Source of the DNA: Candidatus Levyibacteriota bacterium
GTDB lineage: Bacteria; Patescibacteriota; Microgenomatia; Levybacterales; UBA12049
Length of the DNA: 64,000 bases
NCBI GenBank assembly: GCA_963716145.1
Contig: OY970292.1
Location: 901,404-965,403, forward strand
Direction of reading: 5' to 3'
Below, one piece after another: positions 55,570 through 64,000 of the stretch. How positions within the stretch are numbered: the stretch's first letter is position 1; each line of letters begins with the position of its first letter. The translations under genes were made by a program, and so were the position numbers. The notes beneath the pieces were generated by a model that worked only from the letters and a program-made list of their open reading frames with translations, was not told the DNA's origin and ran no database searches.

Positions 55570-56570
55570 TCATGTTCTTTGATTTCCTCGGCTAGTTCTT
55601 TTTTAATTTTTCCGCTGATTGATCTTGCTGAGATAAGTTTTTGACCCATGCCGGTAAAGCCTTTGTTAACGTTCATATATGTGTTTGAACTGTTCCCGAT
55701 ATGTTTACCCAAGAGATCAAGAGATTCATTCACTTTCTCATAATCTATTTGAAGTGCTCTCAAAAGTCTGAAAACCTCCCGGGATTCTGTTTCTATTTTT
55801 TTGCCCTCAAATGAAAGCAGAATTGTCTGTAAATGCGCATATAGTGTACTAGGTGAGACAATATATATTCTTCTATTTTTTGCATATTCCAGAAGAGACT
55901 CCATATTTACTAGTTCATAAAACACTGATTCACTGGGGACATACATCAAAGCGAAATCCATGGTTCCTTCATCCGGCAGAATGTATTTCTTGGCAATTGA
56001 TTCAATATGTTTTTTGATGTCCTTTTCAAATTCGCGTCTATTTAGTTTCACATCCTCTTCGGTTTTGGATTTTGCTAATTTCTGAAAATTCTCCATTGGA
56101 AATTTAGCATCAATCGGCAAAATCCCCGCATCAGTCTGAATTGCGGCGTCGACTTTCTCGCCTGACAGAAATGCATACTGCAAATGAAAACTATTTTTGG
56201 GGAAAATCTGGGTGATTAAATCTTTGAGGACTTGCTCGCCTATATTCCCGCGGAGCTTGGGGCTTTTTAGAAAGTCTTGAAGTTCCTTCATGCTCCTGCC
56301 AATTTCACTCATTTGTCCGACTTCATGCCCAACATCGCGGATTACAGAGGCTGCCTTATCCAATCTGTCATTTAATTGTTTGGAGTTTTCCTGAAGAGTT
56401 CGAGTTGTGCTTTCTGAATTTTTATCAATTGATGTCTGCATAGACTTTAGCCATTCAAGTAGCGCTTGATTAGGATCCTGCTTTTTGAGATCTGAGAGTT
56501 TTTGGTTAAGAAACCAAATTATTATAATAAACCCAAGTATAATTGCTCCTAGAAAAATTAGTGGATGCAC
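55566..56570 (-). CDS. rmuC: DNA recombination protein RmuC
   Basis: N-terminal TM helix, a long coiled coil, and the RmuC C-terminal domain. Confidence 0.75.
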   Translation of the reverse strand: MHPLIFLGAIILGFIIIIWFLNQKLSDLKKQDPNQALLEWLKSMQTSIDKNSESTTRTLQENSKQLNDRLDKAASVIRDVGHEVGQMSEIGRSMKELQDFLKSPKLRGNIGEQVLKDLITQIFPKNSFHLQYAFLSGEKVDAAIQTDAGILPIDAKFPMENFQKLAKSKTEEDVKLNRREFEKDIKKHIESIAKKYILPDEGTMDFALMYVPSESVFYELVNMESLLEYAKNRRIYIVSPSTLYAHLQTILLSFEGKKIETESREVFRLLRALQIDYEKVNESLDLLGKHIGNSSNTYMNVNKGFTGMGQKLISARSISGKIKKELAEEIKEHD

Positions 56571-56638
56571 ATTTATATTGTATCATGACAAGTAAAGATC
56601 CATTGTTAAAATTATGATTGCTTGATAGAATAATATAA

Positions 56639-57034
56639 ATGAGCGGTGAGAAAGTATTATTGGTTGAAGATGATCTTTTTTTGCAGAAATTATTTTCTAT
56701 TGTTTTGCAGAAAGCTGGATATAACGTACTTGTCGCATCTGATGGAGAAGAAGGGGTGCGTCTTGCTCAAGACAATCCTGACGCTAAACTGATGCTGCTT
56801 GATGTTATGATGCCAAAAATGACAGGACTTGAAGCTTTGAAGCATTTGAAATCAGATCCCTCAACATCACAAATTCCGATAGTACTCTCTACAAATCTCA
56901 CTGATGAAGGAGTTGAGGAGGAGGCAAATAAACTAGGCGTTTATGGATACATTGTTAAGTCACAATATGATCCAGCTCAATTGGCTGATAAAGTGAAAGA
57001 AATTATTAAAAATATAACTCAGGGTCAGCAGTGA
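56639..57034 (+). CDS. stand-alone response-regulator receiver domain (CheY-like)
   Basis: VLLVEDD...DVMMPKMTGLE...; Asp phospho-acceptor in LLDVMMP; 131 aa with no output domain. Confidence 0.75.
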   Translation: MSGEKVLLVEDDLFLQKLFSIVLQKAGYNVLVASDGEEGVRLAQDNPDAKLMLLDVMMPKMTGLEALKHLKSDPSTSQIPIVLSTNLTDEGVEEEANKLGVYGYIVKSQYDPAQLADKVKEIIKNITQGQQ

Positions 57035-58058
57035 TTTTGCTCCAAGACACAGGGTTGTAATTATAAAAACCAGCTGCTGCTATCATTGCCGCATTATCAG
57101 TACACAATTTTTTTTCCGGCGAAAAAAAATTAACTGAGAACTTAGAACATTGAACTAAGAACTGGTCACGAAGTGATTGATTTGCTGCCACTCCACCAGA
57201 AATAAGAATTGATTTTACATTGTACTTTAATGCTGCCTTCAAAGTTTTTTTGACCAAGACATCAACGATCGCATCTTGTGCGGCCCATGCGATGTCGCTT
57301 ACAGTCTGTGAGTCCAGATTTTTGATCGATTGGGTTTCACGAAGAACAGCGGTTTTAAGTCCTGAAAAAGAAAAATCAAAATTTGTAGAGCCGATCATCG
57401 GGCGGGGGAAATGAAATCTTTTTGGATTGCCTTTTTTTGCTTCATTCTCAATTGCCGGACCGCCCGGGTAGGGAAGACCAAGTAAACGAGCGATTTTATC
57501 AAATGCCTCACCGGCCGCATCATCCCGTGTGCCGCCGAGTAGCTTAAATTTCCCGTGAGCTGTCATTAGTAATAAATCAGTATGTCCACCGGAGACAACA
57601 AGAGCGATAGCGGGCAATGCTATATCGGCGTATTGCTTATGGCTTATCGCATATGGTTTTCCTATTTGCTCTTTGCTCTCTGCTATTAGCCAGTTTGCGT
57701 ATATGTGGCCGACCATGTGGTTTATCGGTATAAGTGGTATGTTATAAACTAAAGAAATTGTTTTGGCTGTTTCTACACCAACCAGAAGTGAACCGATCAG
57801 ACCGGTTCCGTAAGTAAGTGCTATTGCGTCAAGTTTTGAAAAATCTATTCCGGCATTTTTTAACGCTTCTTCAATGACAGGTAAGATAAATTTGATCTGT
57901 TCCCGTGCCGCGTTCTCAGGAATTATACCACCCGTTTTTGCGTGAAGCTCCATAGATGTTGCTGTGATATTTGATTTAAGTATGACTTTATTTTTTATTC
58001 CTTCTATAACTGCAGCAGAAGTTTCATCGCAGCTTGTTTCTATTCCAAGGATTATCAT
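57006..58058 (-). CDS. tsaD: tRNA N6-adenosine threonylcarbamoyltransferase TsaD
   Basis: MIILGIETSCDETSAAV...; the HxxH metal site is in ...HMVGHIYA. Confidence 0.9.
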   Translation of the reverse strand: MIILGIETSCDETSAAVIEGIKNKVILKSNITATSMELHAKTGGIIPENAAREQIKFILPVIEEALKNAGIDFSKLDAIALTYGTGLIGSLLVGVETAKTISLVYNIPLIPINHMVGHIYANWLIAESKEQIGKPYAISHKQYADIALPAIALVVSGGHTDLLLMTAHGKFKLLGGTRDDAAGEAFDKIARLLGLPYPGGPAIENEAKKGNPKRFHFPRPMIGSTNFDFSFSGLKTAVLRETQSIKNLDSQTVSDIAWAAQDAIVDVLVKKTLKAALKYNVKSILISGGVAANQSLRDQFLVQCSKFSVNFFSPEKKLCTDNAAMIAAAGFYNYNPVSWSKITADPELYF

Positions 58059-58075
58059 GAGGCAATTATAGCCGA

Positions 58076-58648
58076 TCAGCGGGACATTCTCAAAATCTCT
58101 TGCGAGACATCTGGTAGTGAAGTAACACTTAGTGCTTCATTTATTGGACCTGAAAAATGTCCCATTTTGTTTTTGACAATAAGTTTTGCGCCTAGTTTAT
58201 CTTTCAAGATATCCCCAAATTGTAATGGTACGTTTGGATCGTTATCCGAGTGGATAGCAACAAAGTACTTTGATTTATTTTTTATTTTCTCAAAATCAAT
58301 TGGTTTATCAAAGAAATTTTCCAATTCTTCATATCCTTCTCCAAGGCTTTCCGTAAAACCTGCCACCAATACAACTCCGCCGATCTTTGTATTTTCATCT
58401 GATTGTTCCAAATATTTTAAAATCGCTATACATCCAGCACTGTGTCCAATTAGGAATAAATCTTCATTGGGTCTATCAGCTACTTGTTGAAGTTCACTAA
58501 GCCAAAGAGAAATTTCGGGGAAATGGGTATTTGGCATTTCAGGAACTATAACTTTAAATCCTTTATCTTCAAGTTCTTTTTTGGTTTGGGGATACCAGCA
58601 GTATTTAGGAGAGCCACCCCAGCAATGTACTATGATCACTCTTTTCAC
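58076..58648 (-). CDS. alpha/beta serine hydrolase (YdeN/RBBP9-like)
   Basis: GHSAGC nucleophile elbow; about 190 aa. Confidence 0.6.
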   Translation of the reverse strand: MKRVIIVHCWGGSPKYCWYPQTKKELEDKGFKVIVPEMPNTHFPEISLWLSELQQVADRPNEDLFLIGHSAGCIAILKYLEQSDENTKIGGVVLVAGFTESLGEGYEELENFFDKPIDFEKIKNKSKYFVAIHSDNDPNVPLQFGDILKDKLGAKLIVKNKMGHFSGPINEALSVTSLPDVSQEILRMSR

Positions 58649-58650
58649 TT

Positions 58651-59133
58651 TTACTTCAATTTTATTTCTACACTGTCTCCTTTTTTGATATCGTATTTTT
58701 TTGAAAGTCCGGAATTAATTTCCAACACTTTATTTACCGGTCCCGCTGGTTTTATAATCGGAGGATTTGTATCGCCAGTTGCGGGTGGTTTGGCGTTCTC
58801 TCCAACAGATATAACCTTGTCATCTTTAAGGAAAATAATATCAATAGGGAATTTCATATTCTTCATCCAGAAGTTGTAGTAATCAGGTTTATCAAAAATA
58901 AAAAGCATTCCTTCATCTTCTGCAAGTTTTTCCCGTCCGGATAATCCCGCCTGCTGTTCTTTCGGAGTTTGAGCCAGTTCTACTTTAAATGTGTGATTAT
59001 TAATTTTAACAGTAGTTGAGGAATTTTTGAGTGATGATTTTTCCGCAGGTTTTGAGTTAAATTGGAAAAAAACAACTCCCGCGAAAATAACCAAAATAAT
59101 TCCAAAAATTACGATAAGTTTATTCATACTCAT
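58651..59133 (-). CDS. DUF192 domain protein (COG1430)
   Basis: Signal/TM N-terminus; LFIFD...NFWMKNMKFPIDIIFL pattern. Confidence 0.6.
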   Translation of the reverse strand: MSMNKLIVIFGIILVIFAGVVFFQFNSKPAEKSSLKNSSTTVKINNHTFKVELAQTPKEQQAGLSGREKLAEDEGMLFIFDKPDYYNFWMKNMKFPIDIIFLKDDKVISVGENAKPPATGDTNPPIIKPAGPVNKVLEINSGLSKKYDIKKGDSVEIKLK

Positions 59134-59611
59134 ATTTCTTTTAATATATTAACTAATCTGCTTGTCGATTGATTACTTACTTCCTCAGTAACTTCAACAA
59201 CTTTTGCTCCGATTAGGCCAGCCTGGCGGTCTTTATGAATTTTACTGGAATCTCCTTTTGTAGTTGCGATTATAGCAGGTTTTAGCAAAATTACCAGTCC
59301 GTCGTAGTCTTTGTCGTTTTTAAGGGTAGGTAGGGGAATAATGTAGTCTACCATAGACAGGTTTGCAAGGATTTTTGCCCGGTCAGGCTGAGTATTTATC
59401 GGGCGGTGGGGCCTTTAATTTTTTTGATATTTTCGTCTGATTCCAAAAATACAAAAAGCACATCGCCATGCTTTTTGGCATTGGCAAGATACTCAATATG
59501 CCCGATGTGAAGAATATCAAAGCAACCTCCGGCAAGTGCAATGGTTTTACCCTCGTTCCTTATTTTTTCACTTAATTTAATTGCTTGCTCAGTTGAAATA
59601 ATTTTATTCAT
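59130..59611 (-). CDS. RfaE-domain-II/TagD-like cytidylyl/adenylyl-transferase, apparent frameshift in a G/C run near 59399-59413
   Basis: N-terminal HxGH motif (GGCFDILHIGHIEYL) is in ORF 59396..59698. The conserved continuation RPINTQPDRAKILANLSMVDYIIPL... is in another frame and joins ORF 59130..59354. Start set at the internal Met. Confidence 0.6.
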
Positions 59612-59615
59612 AAAT

Positions 59616-60443
59616 TTATAAAGTTGTGATTGGCCTACTTTGGACAATGTAAAATTTGTTTTTTTCAAATGCCCATTCAATGTCGCAGGGAAATCCATAG
59701 TGATTTTCTATTTTAATTCCCAGCTCTGATAGTTCTTTTATTTGTTTTTCGTCCAAAGTAAATTTTCGTTTTAAATCAGAGGAAACGGGGAGTTCTTCAT
59801 TTTCCCCATCTTTGTATACATACATTTTTTCTTTACTGCCAAGGTCTTTACCTTTAATTTCAAGATTATTTTTATCAACCAGATAGTTATCCGGTGTAAT
59901 AATTCCCTGGACAATATATTCTCCCAATCCATATCCTGCTTCAATCATAAGCTCACTTAGAGCACCTGTTACCGGATTGACAGTGAACATGACTCCCGAA
60001 ATTTCACTGTCGACCATTTTTTGAACAACAACAGCGACAGCAAGTTGATCTTTTTTTACATTTTTATCTTTGGCGTATGATTTGGCGCGGGATGTTTCAA
60101 TTGATTCAAAACATAGTTTTATGTTTTCCAGTAAATTTTCTTTTGTGATATTTAAATAACTTTCCAGTTGTCCGGCCCAAGAAGCATTTGATGAATCTTC
60201 GGCAACTGCTGATGAACGGACAGCAACCCTTTCGGTTTTTAAATCATCAAATGCGGCAAAAAGTTCCTGTTTAAATTCTTCGGAAAATGGTTGGTTACTA
60301 AATTCTTTAAACCCAGTTGTGGTTACTACAAATCCAGGTGGAACGGGAAGCCCTGCGCTAGTCATTTCGCCAAGTGATGCACCTTTTCCGCCGGCAATTT
60401 TGGTATCATGTTTGGAAATTTCCTCAAAAAATTTAATATACAT
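59616..60443 (-). CDS. stand-alone PEP synthase/PPDK N-terminal ATP-grasp (nucleotide-binding) domain protein
   Basis: IAGGKGASLGEMTSAGLPVPPGFVVTT is the hallmark of the PPDK_N domain. About 275 aa, with no swivel or TIM-barrel domain. Confidence 0.75.
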   Translation of the reverse strand: MYIKFFEEISKHDTKIAGGKGASLGEMTSAGLPVPPGFVVTTTGFKEFSNQPFSEEFKQELFAAFDDLKTERVAVRSSAVAEDSSNASWAGQLESYLNITKENLLENIKLCFESIETSRAKSYAKDKNVKKDQLAVAVVVQKMVDSEISGVMFTVNPVTGALSELMIEAGYGLGEYIVQGIITPDNYLVDKNNLEIKGKDLGSKEKMYVYKDGENEELPVSSDLKRKFTLDEKQIKELSELGIKIENHYGFPCDIEWAFEKNKFYIVQSRPITTL

Positions 60444-61879
60444 TAGCTCAATTTCTTTACAGTACCTTTATCAGCATCTACTTCAACTAAATCTCCGTCT
60501 TTCAAAATTTTTGTCGCGATTTTGGTGCCGACAATGCATGGAATACCGTACTCTCTTGATACAATTGCCGCATGTGAGGTAATTCCTCCTTCGTTTGTAA
60601 CTATTGCAGCGGAAATCCGCATAGCTGATACATAATCGGGGTGTGTTGTAACGGCCACCAATATATTCCCCTTTTTAACTTTTTTTAAATCTTTAATTCC
60701 TTTAACTATCGCGACAGTTCCACTGGCTTTACCTTTTGATGCTGTCCTACCCCTGATTTCCTGTAAAACTTCCTCTTGTGGCAGTAAATTAAAAGCCTTT
60801 AGAGCTGTTTGGATATTATCTCCCTCCAAACACACCAATTCATTATTTTTGTCCAAATACAGCACAAAACCTTTTTTTCGTTGTTGGATAATAGGTTTAG
60901 AAATAGTTTTTTTGCCAGATAAAAAATCATCCATCTCAGATTCTTGTAAAAAACTCAAGTCAACTATTGAAATATTCATTCTTTTTGCAATTTCTTTATA
61001 TAAAGCGCCAGCGTAATATACACTTTCACGTCTGAAATCATCCCGTGCATCTTTAATATAAACAAATCTTTTTGCCATTTTCAGATATTCTAAATCGCTT
61101 GAAGATGGTTTTAGTCCTGTGATTAATCTCTCAAATGATAGACCCCCCCCAATAGATTTTTTTGTAAATGATTTTATGTGTTTTTTGAATTCATTTTTTG
61201 TCCAAGGTTTGTTTTGAATATCTAGGCAAGAAAGCCATTTGAACTGTTCATACAAATTGTCAAATTCTTCAACGGTTAAATTGCCTTTGTGTTTTTCGAC
61301 TATATTCTGAAGTTTTAGAACCGCAGCCAATTTTTCAGGTTTAAATAGTGAGTCAATAAATTGCTGTCTATTACTTTCCTTCTTATGTTTCTTAATATAA
61401 TTATCCAAAATTTCAGTTCCGTGGTCTGCGACAAAATTGTTTAAAATAAATGCTGACCACACAAATACTGAATAACGATTTCTAAAATCTTGATATTTAG
61501 CGAAGACAGAAAGCAGCTCTAGGTTTGTTACTTTCTCATAATCTAGTTTTGAAATTTCTTTGGCACAACTCAAATAATTATTTCCATCAATTAAAAATTG
61601 TTTTTCATATTTTGTTAATTGTTCTGCGTCTACTGCATATTTTTTATTCAATCCTTCAACAAGCGCATTCCAGGAAGCGCTATCAATAAAGAAAGAAGAA
61701 TTATCTCCTTCTCCAGGAATGACAACTTGAGATGCAGAAGTAACGGGAAAATGATAGCCGGCAAATTCTAAAATTGCAATGGCAAAGCCATAATACTGTA
61801 TGCTATATTCACGATCCAAGATTTTTATCCATGATATTTTGCCTAAGTCTTTTTTGAAAATAGGATCAGGTATATTCAT
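60443..61879 (-). CDS. protein with novel N-terminal domain fused to PEP-utilizing-enzyme mobile (phospho-His swivel) domain
   Basis: C-terminal GTVAIV...GNILVAVTTHPDYV...TNEGGITSHAAIVSREYGIPCIVG is the PEP-utilizers motif. The first about 350 aa have no recognisable family. The stop overlaps the start of the ATP-grasp gene. Confidence 0.7.
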   Translation of the reverse strand: MNIPDPIFKKDLGKISWIKILDREYSIQYYGFAIAILEFAGYHFPVTSASQVVIPGEGDNSSFFIDSASWNALVEGLNKKYAVDAEQLTKYEKQFLIDGNNYLSCAKEISKLDYEKVTNLELLSVFAKYQDFRNRYSVFVWSAFILNNFVADHGTEILDNYIKKHKKESNRQQFIDSLFKPEKLAAVLKLQNIVEKHKGNLTVEEFDNLYEQFKWLSCLDIQNKPWTKNEFKKHIKSFTKKSIGGGLSFERLITGLKPSSSDLEYLKMAKRFVYIKDARDDFRRESVYYAGALYKEIAKRMNISIVDLSFLQESEMDDFLSGKKTISKPIIQQRKKGFVLYLDKNNELVCLEGDNIQTALKAFNLLPQEEVLQEIRGRTASKGKASGTVAIVKGIKDLKKVKKGNILVAVTTHPDYVSAMRISAAIVTNEGGITSHAAIVSREYGIPCIVGTKIATKILKDGDLVEVDADKGTVKKLS

Positions 61880-62452
61880 TTAGCTAAAAATAGGTTCTGG
61901 GGGCAAGTTCAACTCTTTTCTTACAGTTTTTATTCTTTTTACATATTCTTTGAAAATTTCTGCTGGTTTATGGATTCTATAGAATCCTTCTGCATTTTTA
62001 TAAAATGAGCAGTCGAAAACATCAACATCCTTAACAAGTTCAACGTATGGATTACCGGAATGGACTTCTTTTTCACTATGGTGAGCGACAGCATCCGTTA
62101 TTGTTTTTATATCGTTATCAGAAAATCCTCCAACTTCTCGTAAAATCTTTTCAGCAATGGGAGTACCCATTTTTGCATGGTCTTTATATTTTCCTTCTAC
62201 AACTACATAAATATCGTGTAACACCGAAGCAACGGTCGCTATATCAGTATCAAGATTTCTTTTTTGAGCTAAGATTTTGGCGATCTGACAACAATCAGAG
62301 GAATGTTTCAACTCAAATACCACTGAACTTTCTCTTTCAGCATCTGATAAAGGGGAATTCAACAGCATCTCTACTACTTTCCTTTCCACCTTCTCAGCAG
62401 GAGAAAGGTCATCTCCTTTATAATGATGGTAGTCTTTTAGTTGTGATTGCAT
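61880..62452 (-). CDS. HD-domain phosphohydrolase
   Basis: H...HD motif (VLHDIY) plus downstream His/Asp ligands; 190 aa. Confidence 0.65.
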   Translation of the reverse strand: MQSQLKDYHHYKGDDLSPAEKVERKVVEMLLNSPLSDAERESSVVFELKHSSDCCQIAKILAQKRNLDTDIATVASVLHDIYVVVEGKYKDHAKMGTPIAEKILREVGGFSDNDIKTITDAVAHHSEKEVHSGNPYVELVKDVDVFDCSFYKNAEGFYRIHKPAEIFKEYVKRIKTVRKELNLPPEPIFS

Positions 62453-62497
62453 AATTTTAGACTGAGCGTTTGTAGTATATCAGATGACGATTGGAAG

Positions 62498-63844
62498 TTA
62501 AATATTAAGAAGCTGCCACTCTCCCGATGTGCTATTTAGTTCGATTTTGGCTCCATTTTTTATCGACGCTGCATTGTTATCAATAATCGCGGGAATTCCA
62601 AATTCGCGCGCGACAATTGCTCCATGCGATGTTTGTCCGCCCTTTAAAAATATAAGCCCTTCGCATTTTGGATATTGAGGGGCAAATTCGGGACTGGCAT
62701 TTGGAAAAATACCAACAGTTCCTTTTGGAATATTTAGATCATTGTTAATAACGTGCAGAGCAGTTCCGGTAACTTTTCCCTGTGAAACCAGCATACCCTT
62801 GCCCGAGTTTGGGTTTAAAGTGTTTGTCAATTTTTTTGTACGTACCTCAGTTTTTTTATTTTTAAAACTCTTTGAAATATTTTTTTTGATAAGTTCTTTT
62901 CTGGTAATACTACTTATTCCTGAAACACTTTTTGTTTTTTGCAAAATTTTATTTCTCAACAGATCAATAAATAAAAGGGTTTTTTGTTTGGCAAGAGATC
63001 TAACTAGCTGTAGCTGAATTGAAGTATCAATTAAATGACTATTTTTTTTATCTATATCAATTGATATATTTTGCGGAATTATATTTTCAAATGATTCAAT
63101 TCTATTTTTGATAACATCCGGAATTTCGTGCCAGCGCGGAGCAGTGAGTTCATAATCCTTATCAGCTCTAAGTCCATATAGCTCGAGATATTTAGAAAAA
63201 GATATTTCGTTCCGTTTTACTTTTTGCTGATCCGCAAATGAACTAAAAAACCAGTCCTTCTGCCCAACCCTAGCGCTTATAAAGGTATTGATTATAGCAG
63301 CATTTTCGCCTGATTCTTTTATGACAAGCTGACTATAAAATTCAGAAACTAAGCCAACTGCAATAACGACCGGCCAGATTTTATCTCCCAATAAATTATC
63401 AATATTTTCAATATCCATATCCTCTGTTTTGGCAGGGATAGTTTCAGTTAGCTTTTTTGCAAGATCAACTATTTCCTGTGGTTGGGAAATCCATTTTGAT
63501 TGAACAAAGATAGTCTTTGAAGTATTTAATATGCATGTGGGATTTATTATTTTTTTTAAATCAATGGTAAGTTGGGGGGATTGATGAATATCTTTTTGCA
63601 ATTTATAGTGGAATACTGTTTTTTTGTACAGCGTTTGTTCCTCTATTTTAAGATTAACTAATAGCTCTCCGTTAATAAACTCAAGAATTGGAGTTTGGTT
63701 CTCTTCGAAAGGTAAGCCTAAAAGTTTCATTGCTTTACCAACACTGCCTTTTCCTGTAAACCAGCTTTTGAGGAAAGAATAAGTAAGCGGAGTCGGGTTA
63801 TTTACCAATTCCGCAAACCCCCCTGAATAATAATTGTGGTCCAT
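62498..63844 (-). CDS. paralogous protein: novel N-terminal domain + PEP-utilizer phospho-His swivel domain
   Basis: C-terminal GIFPNASPEFA...LKGGQTSHGAIVAREFGIPAIID. The about 330-aa N-terminal region is unrelated to known PEP synthase domains. Confidence 0.7.
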   Translation of the reverse strand: MDHNYYSGGFAELVNNPTPLTYSFLKSWFTGKGSVGKAMKLLGLPFEENQTPILEFINGELLVNLKIEEQTLYKKTVFHYKLQKDIHQSPQLTIDLKKIINPTCILNTSKTIFVQSKWISQPQEIVDLAKKLTETIPAKTEDMDIENIDNLLGDKIWPVVIAVGLVSEFYSQLVIKESGENAAIINTFISARVGQKDWFFSSFADQQKVKRNEISFSKYLELYGLRADKDYELTAPRWHEIPDVIKNRIESFENIIPQNISIDIDKKNSHLIDTSIQLQLVRSLAKQKTLLFIDLLRNKILQKTKSVSGISSITRKELIKKNISKSFKNKKTEVRTKKLTNTLNPNSGKGMLVSQGKVTGTALHVINNDLNIPKGTVGIFPNASPEFAPQYPKCEGLIFLKGGQTSHGAIVAREFGIPAIIDNNAASIKNGAKIELNSTSGEWQLLNI

Positions 63845-63884
63845 ACTATTTTTTATATTTGTTTTTATCTATACTCTATTATAG

Positions 63885-64000
63885 ATGAAATTAGTCTTAG
63901 CGTTATTAATAGGTGCATTTTTATTTGCATTTGCTCCGTCAAAAGCTCATGCGATAATATTTCTTCCGGCAACTATTTTAATACCAATTGCCAAGATAGT
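63885..64000 (+). CDS. partial ORF (signal peptide MKLVLALLIGAFLFAFAPSKAHA...), truncated by window end
   Basis: Met start followed by a classic signal peptide. The ORF is incomplete. Confidence 0.3.
   Translation, partial: MKLVLALLIGAFLFAFAPSKAHAIIFLPATILIPIAKI

Noticed and set aside
59616-63844. Annotating the PPDK_N and swivel-domain genes as phosphoenolpyruvate synthase (ppsA)
   Set aside because: No PEP/pyruvate-binding TIM-barrel domain is present; the domain order is permuted and split across genes. Calling it PpsA would be unsupported.

Overview
This 64 kb window is a low-GC (roughly 38-40% by eye), gene-dense bacterial chromosomal segment. The gene content is consistent with a small-genome Patescibacteria/CPR-like organism. 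This placement is an inference from: ATP-dependent DNA ligase, class II RNR, two 'four-helix-bundle' proteins, Fic, cohesin-like and LCP surface proteins, many short ORFs, and a limited set of glycolysis genes (gap, tpiA).

About 75 genes are supportable:
- Housekeeping: nrdR-nrdJ, murI-murD, ftsH, mutM, pyrH, recF, recA-recX, pcrA/uvrD-like, tpiA, fumC, rny, hup, tsaD, rmuC, mgtE.
- RNA genes: three tRNAs (Ile-UAU, CAU, Pro-GGG), a probable RNase P RNA, and an odd degenerate tRNA-like element.

The most interesting loci:
1. A compact adenosylcobalamin module. NrdR boxes and promoter precede nrdR, then AdoCbl-dependent RNR NrdJ, a DUF4430 B12-binding-like secreted protein, a prenyltransferase/terpene-cyclase-repeat protein, an S-component-like membrane protein and a PduO-type adenosyltransferase. 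A possible riboswitch/attenuator leader lies in front of the uptake genes.
2. A co-directional cluster on the minus strand (58-64 kb). It encodes a stand-alone PEP-synthase-type ATP-grasp domain, two paralogous proteins that each carry a novel N-terminal domain fused to a PEP-utilizer phospho-His swivel domain, an HD phosphohydrolase, an RfaE-II-like nucleotidyltransferase, DUF192 and a serine hydrolase. It looks like a split, permuted rifampin-phosphotransferase/PEP-synthase-like phosphotransfer system of unknown substrate.
3. A family of A/T-rich heptamer (plus some 8-9-mer) tandem repeats. They occur in leaders and, unusually, are embedded in-frame inside at least six conserved genes (murD, GT4, mutM, recF, nnr-dehydratase, DNA ligase).
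4. A tRNA-flanked island-like segment carrying an integrase, XRE plus unknown, RadC, GIY-YIG and a compositionally atypical ORF.
5. A VirB4/VirD4-like membrane ATPase with a Gly-rich pilin-like peptide.
6. Four conserved genes with apparent single-nucleotide frameshifts: gap, nrdJ, a GT4 glycosyltransferase and the RfaE-II-like transferase. These are either assembly indels or genuine gene decay, and the sequence alone cannot decide.

No CRISPR array or rRNA was seen.
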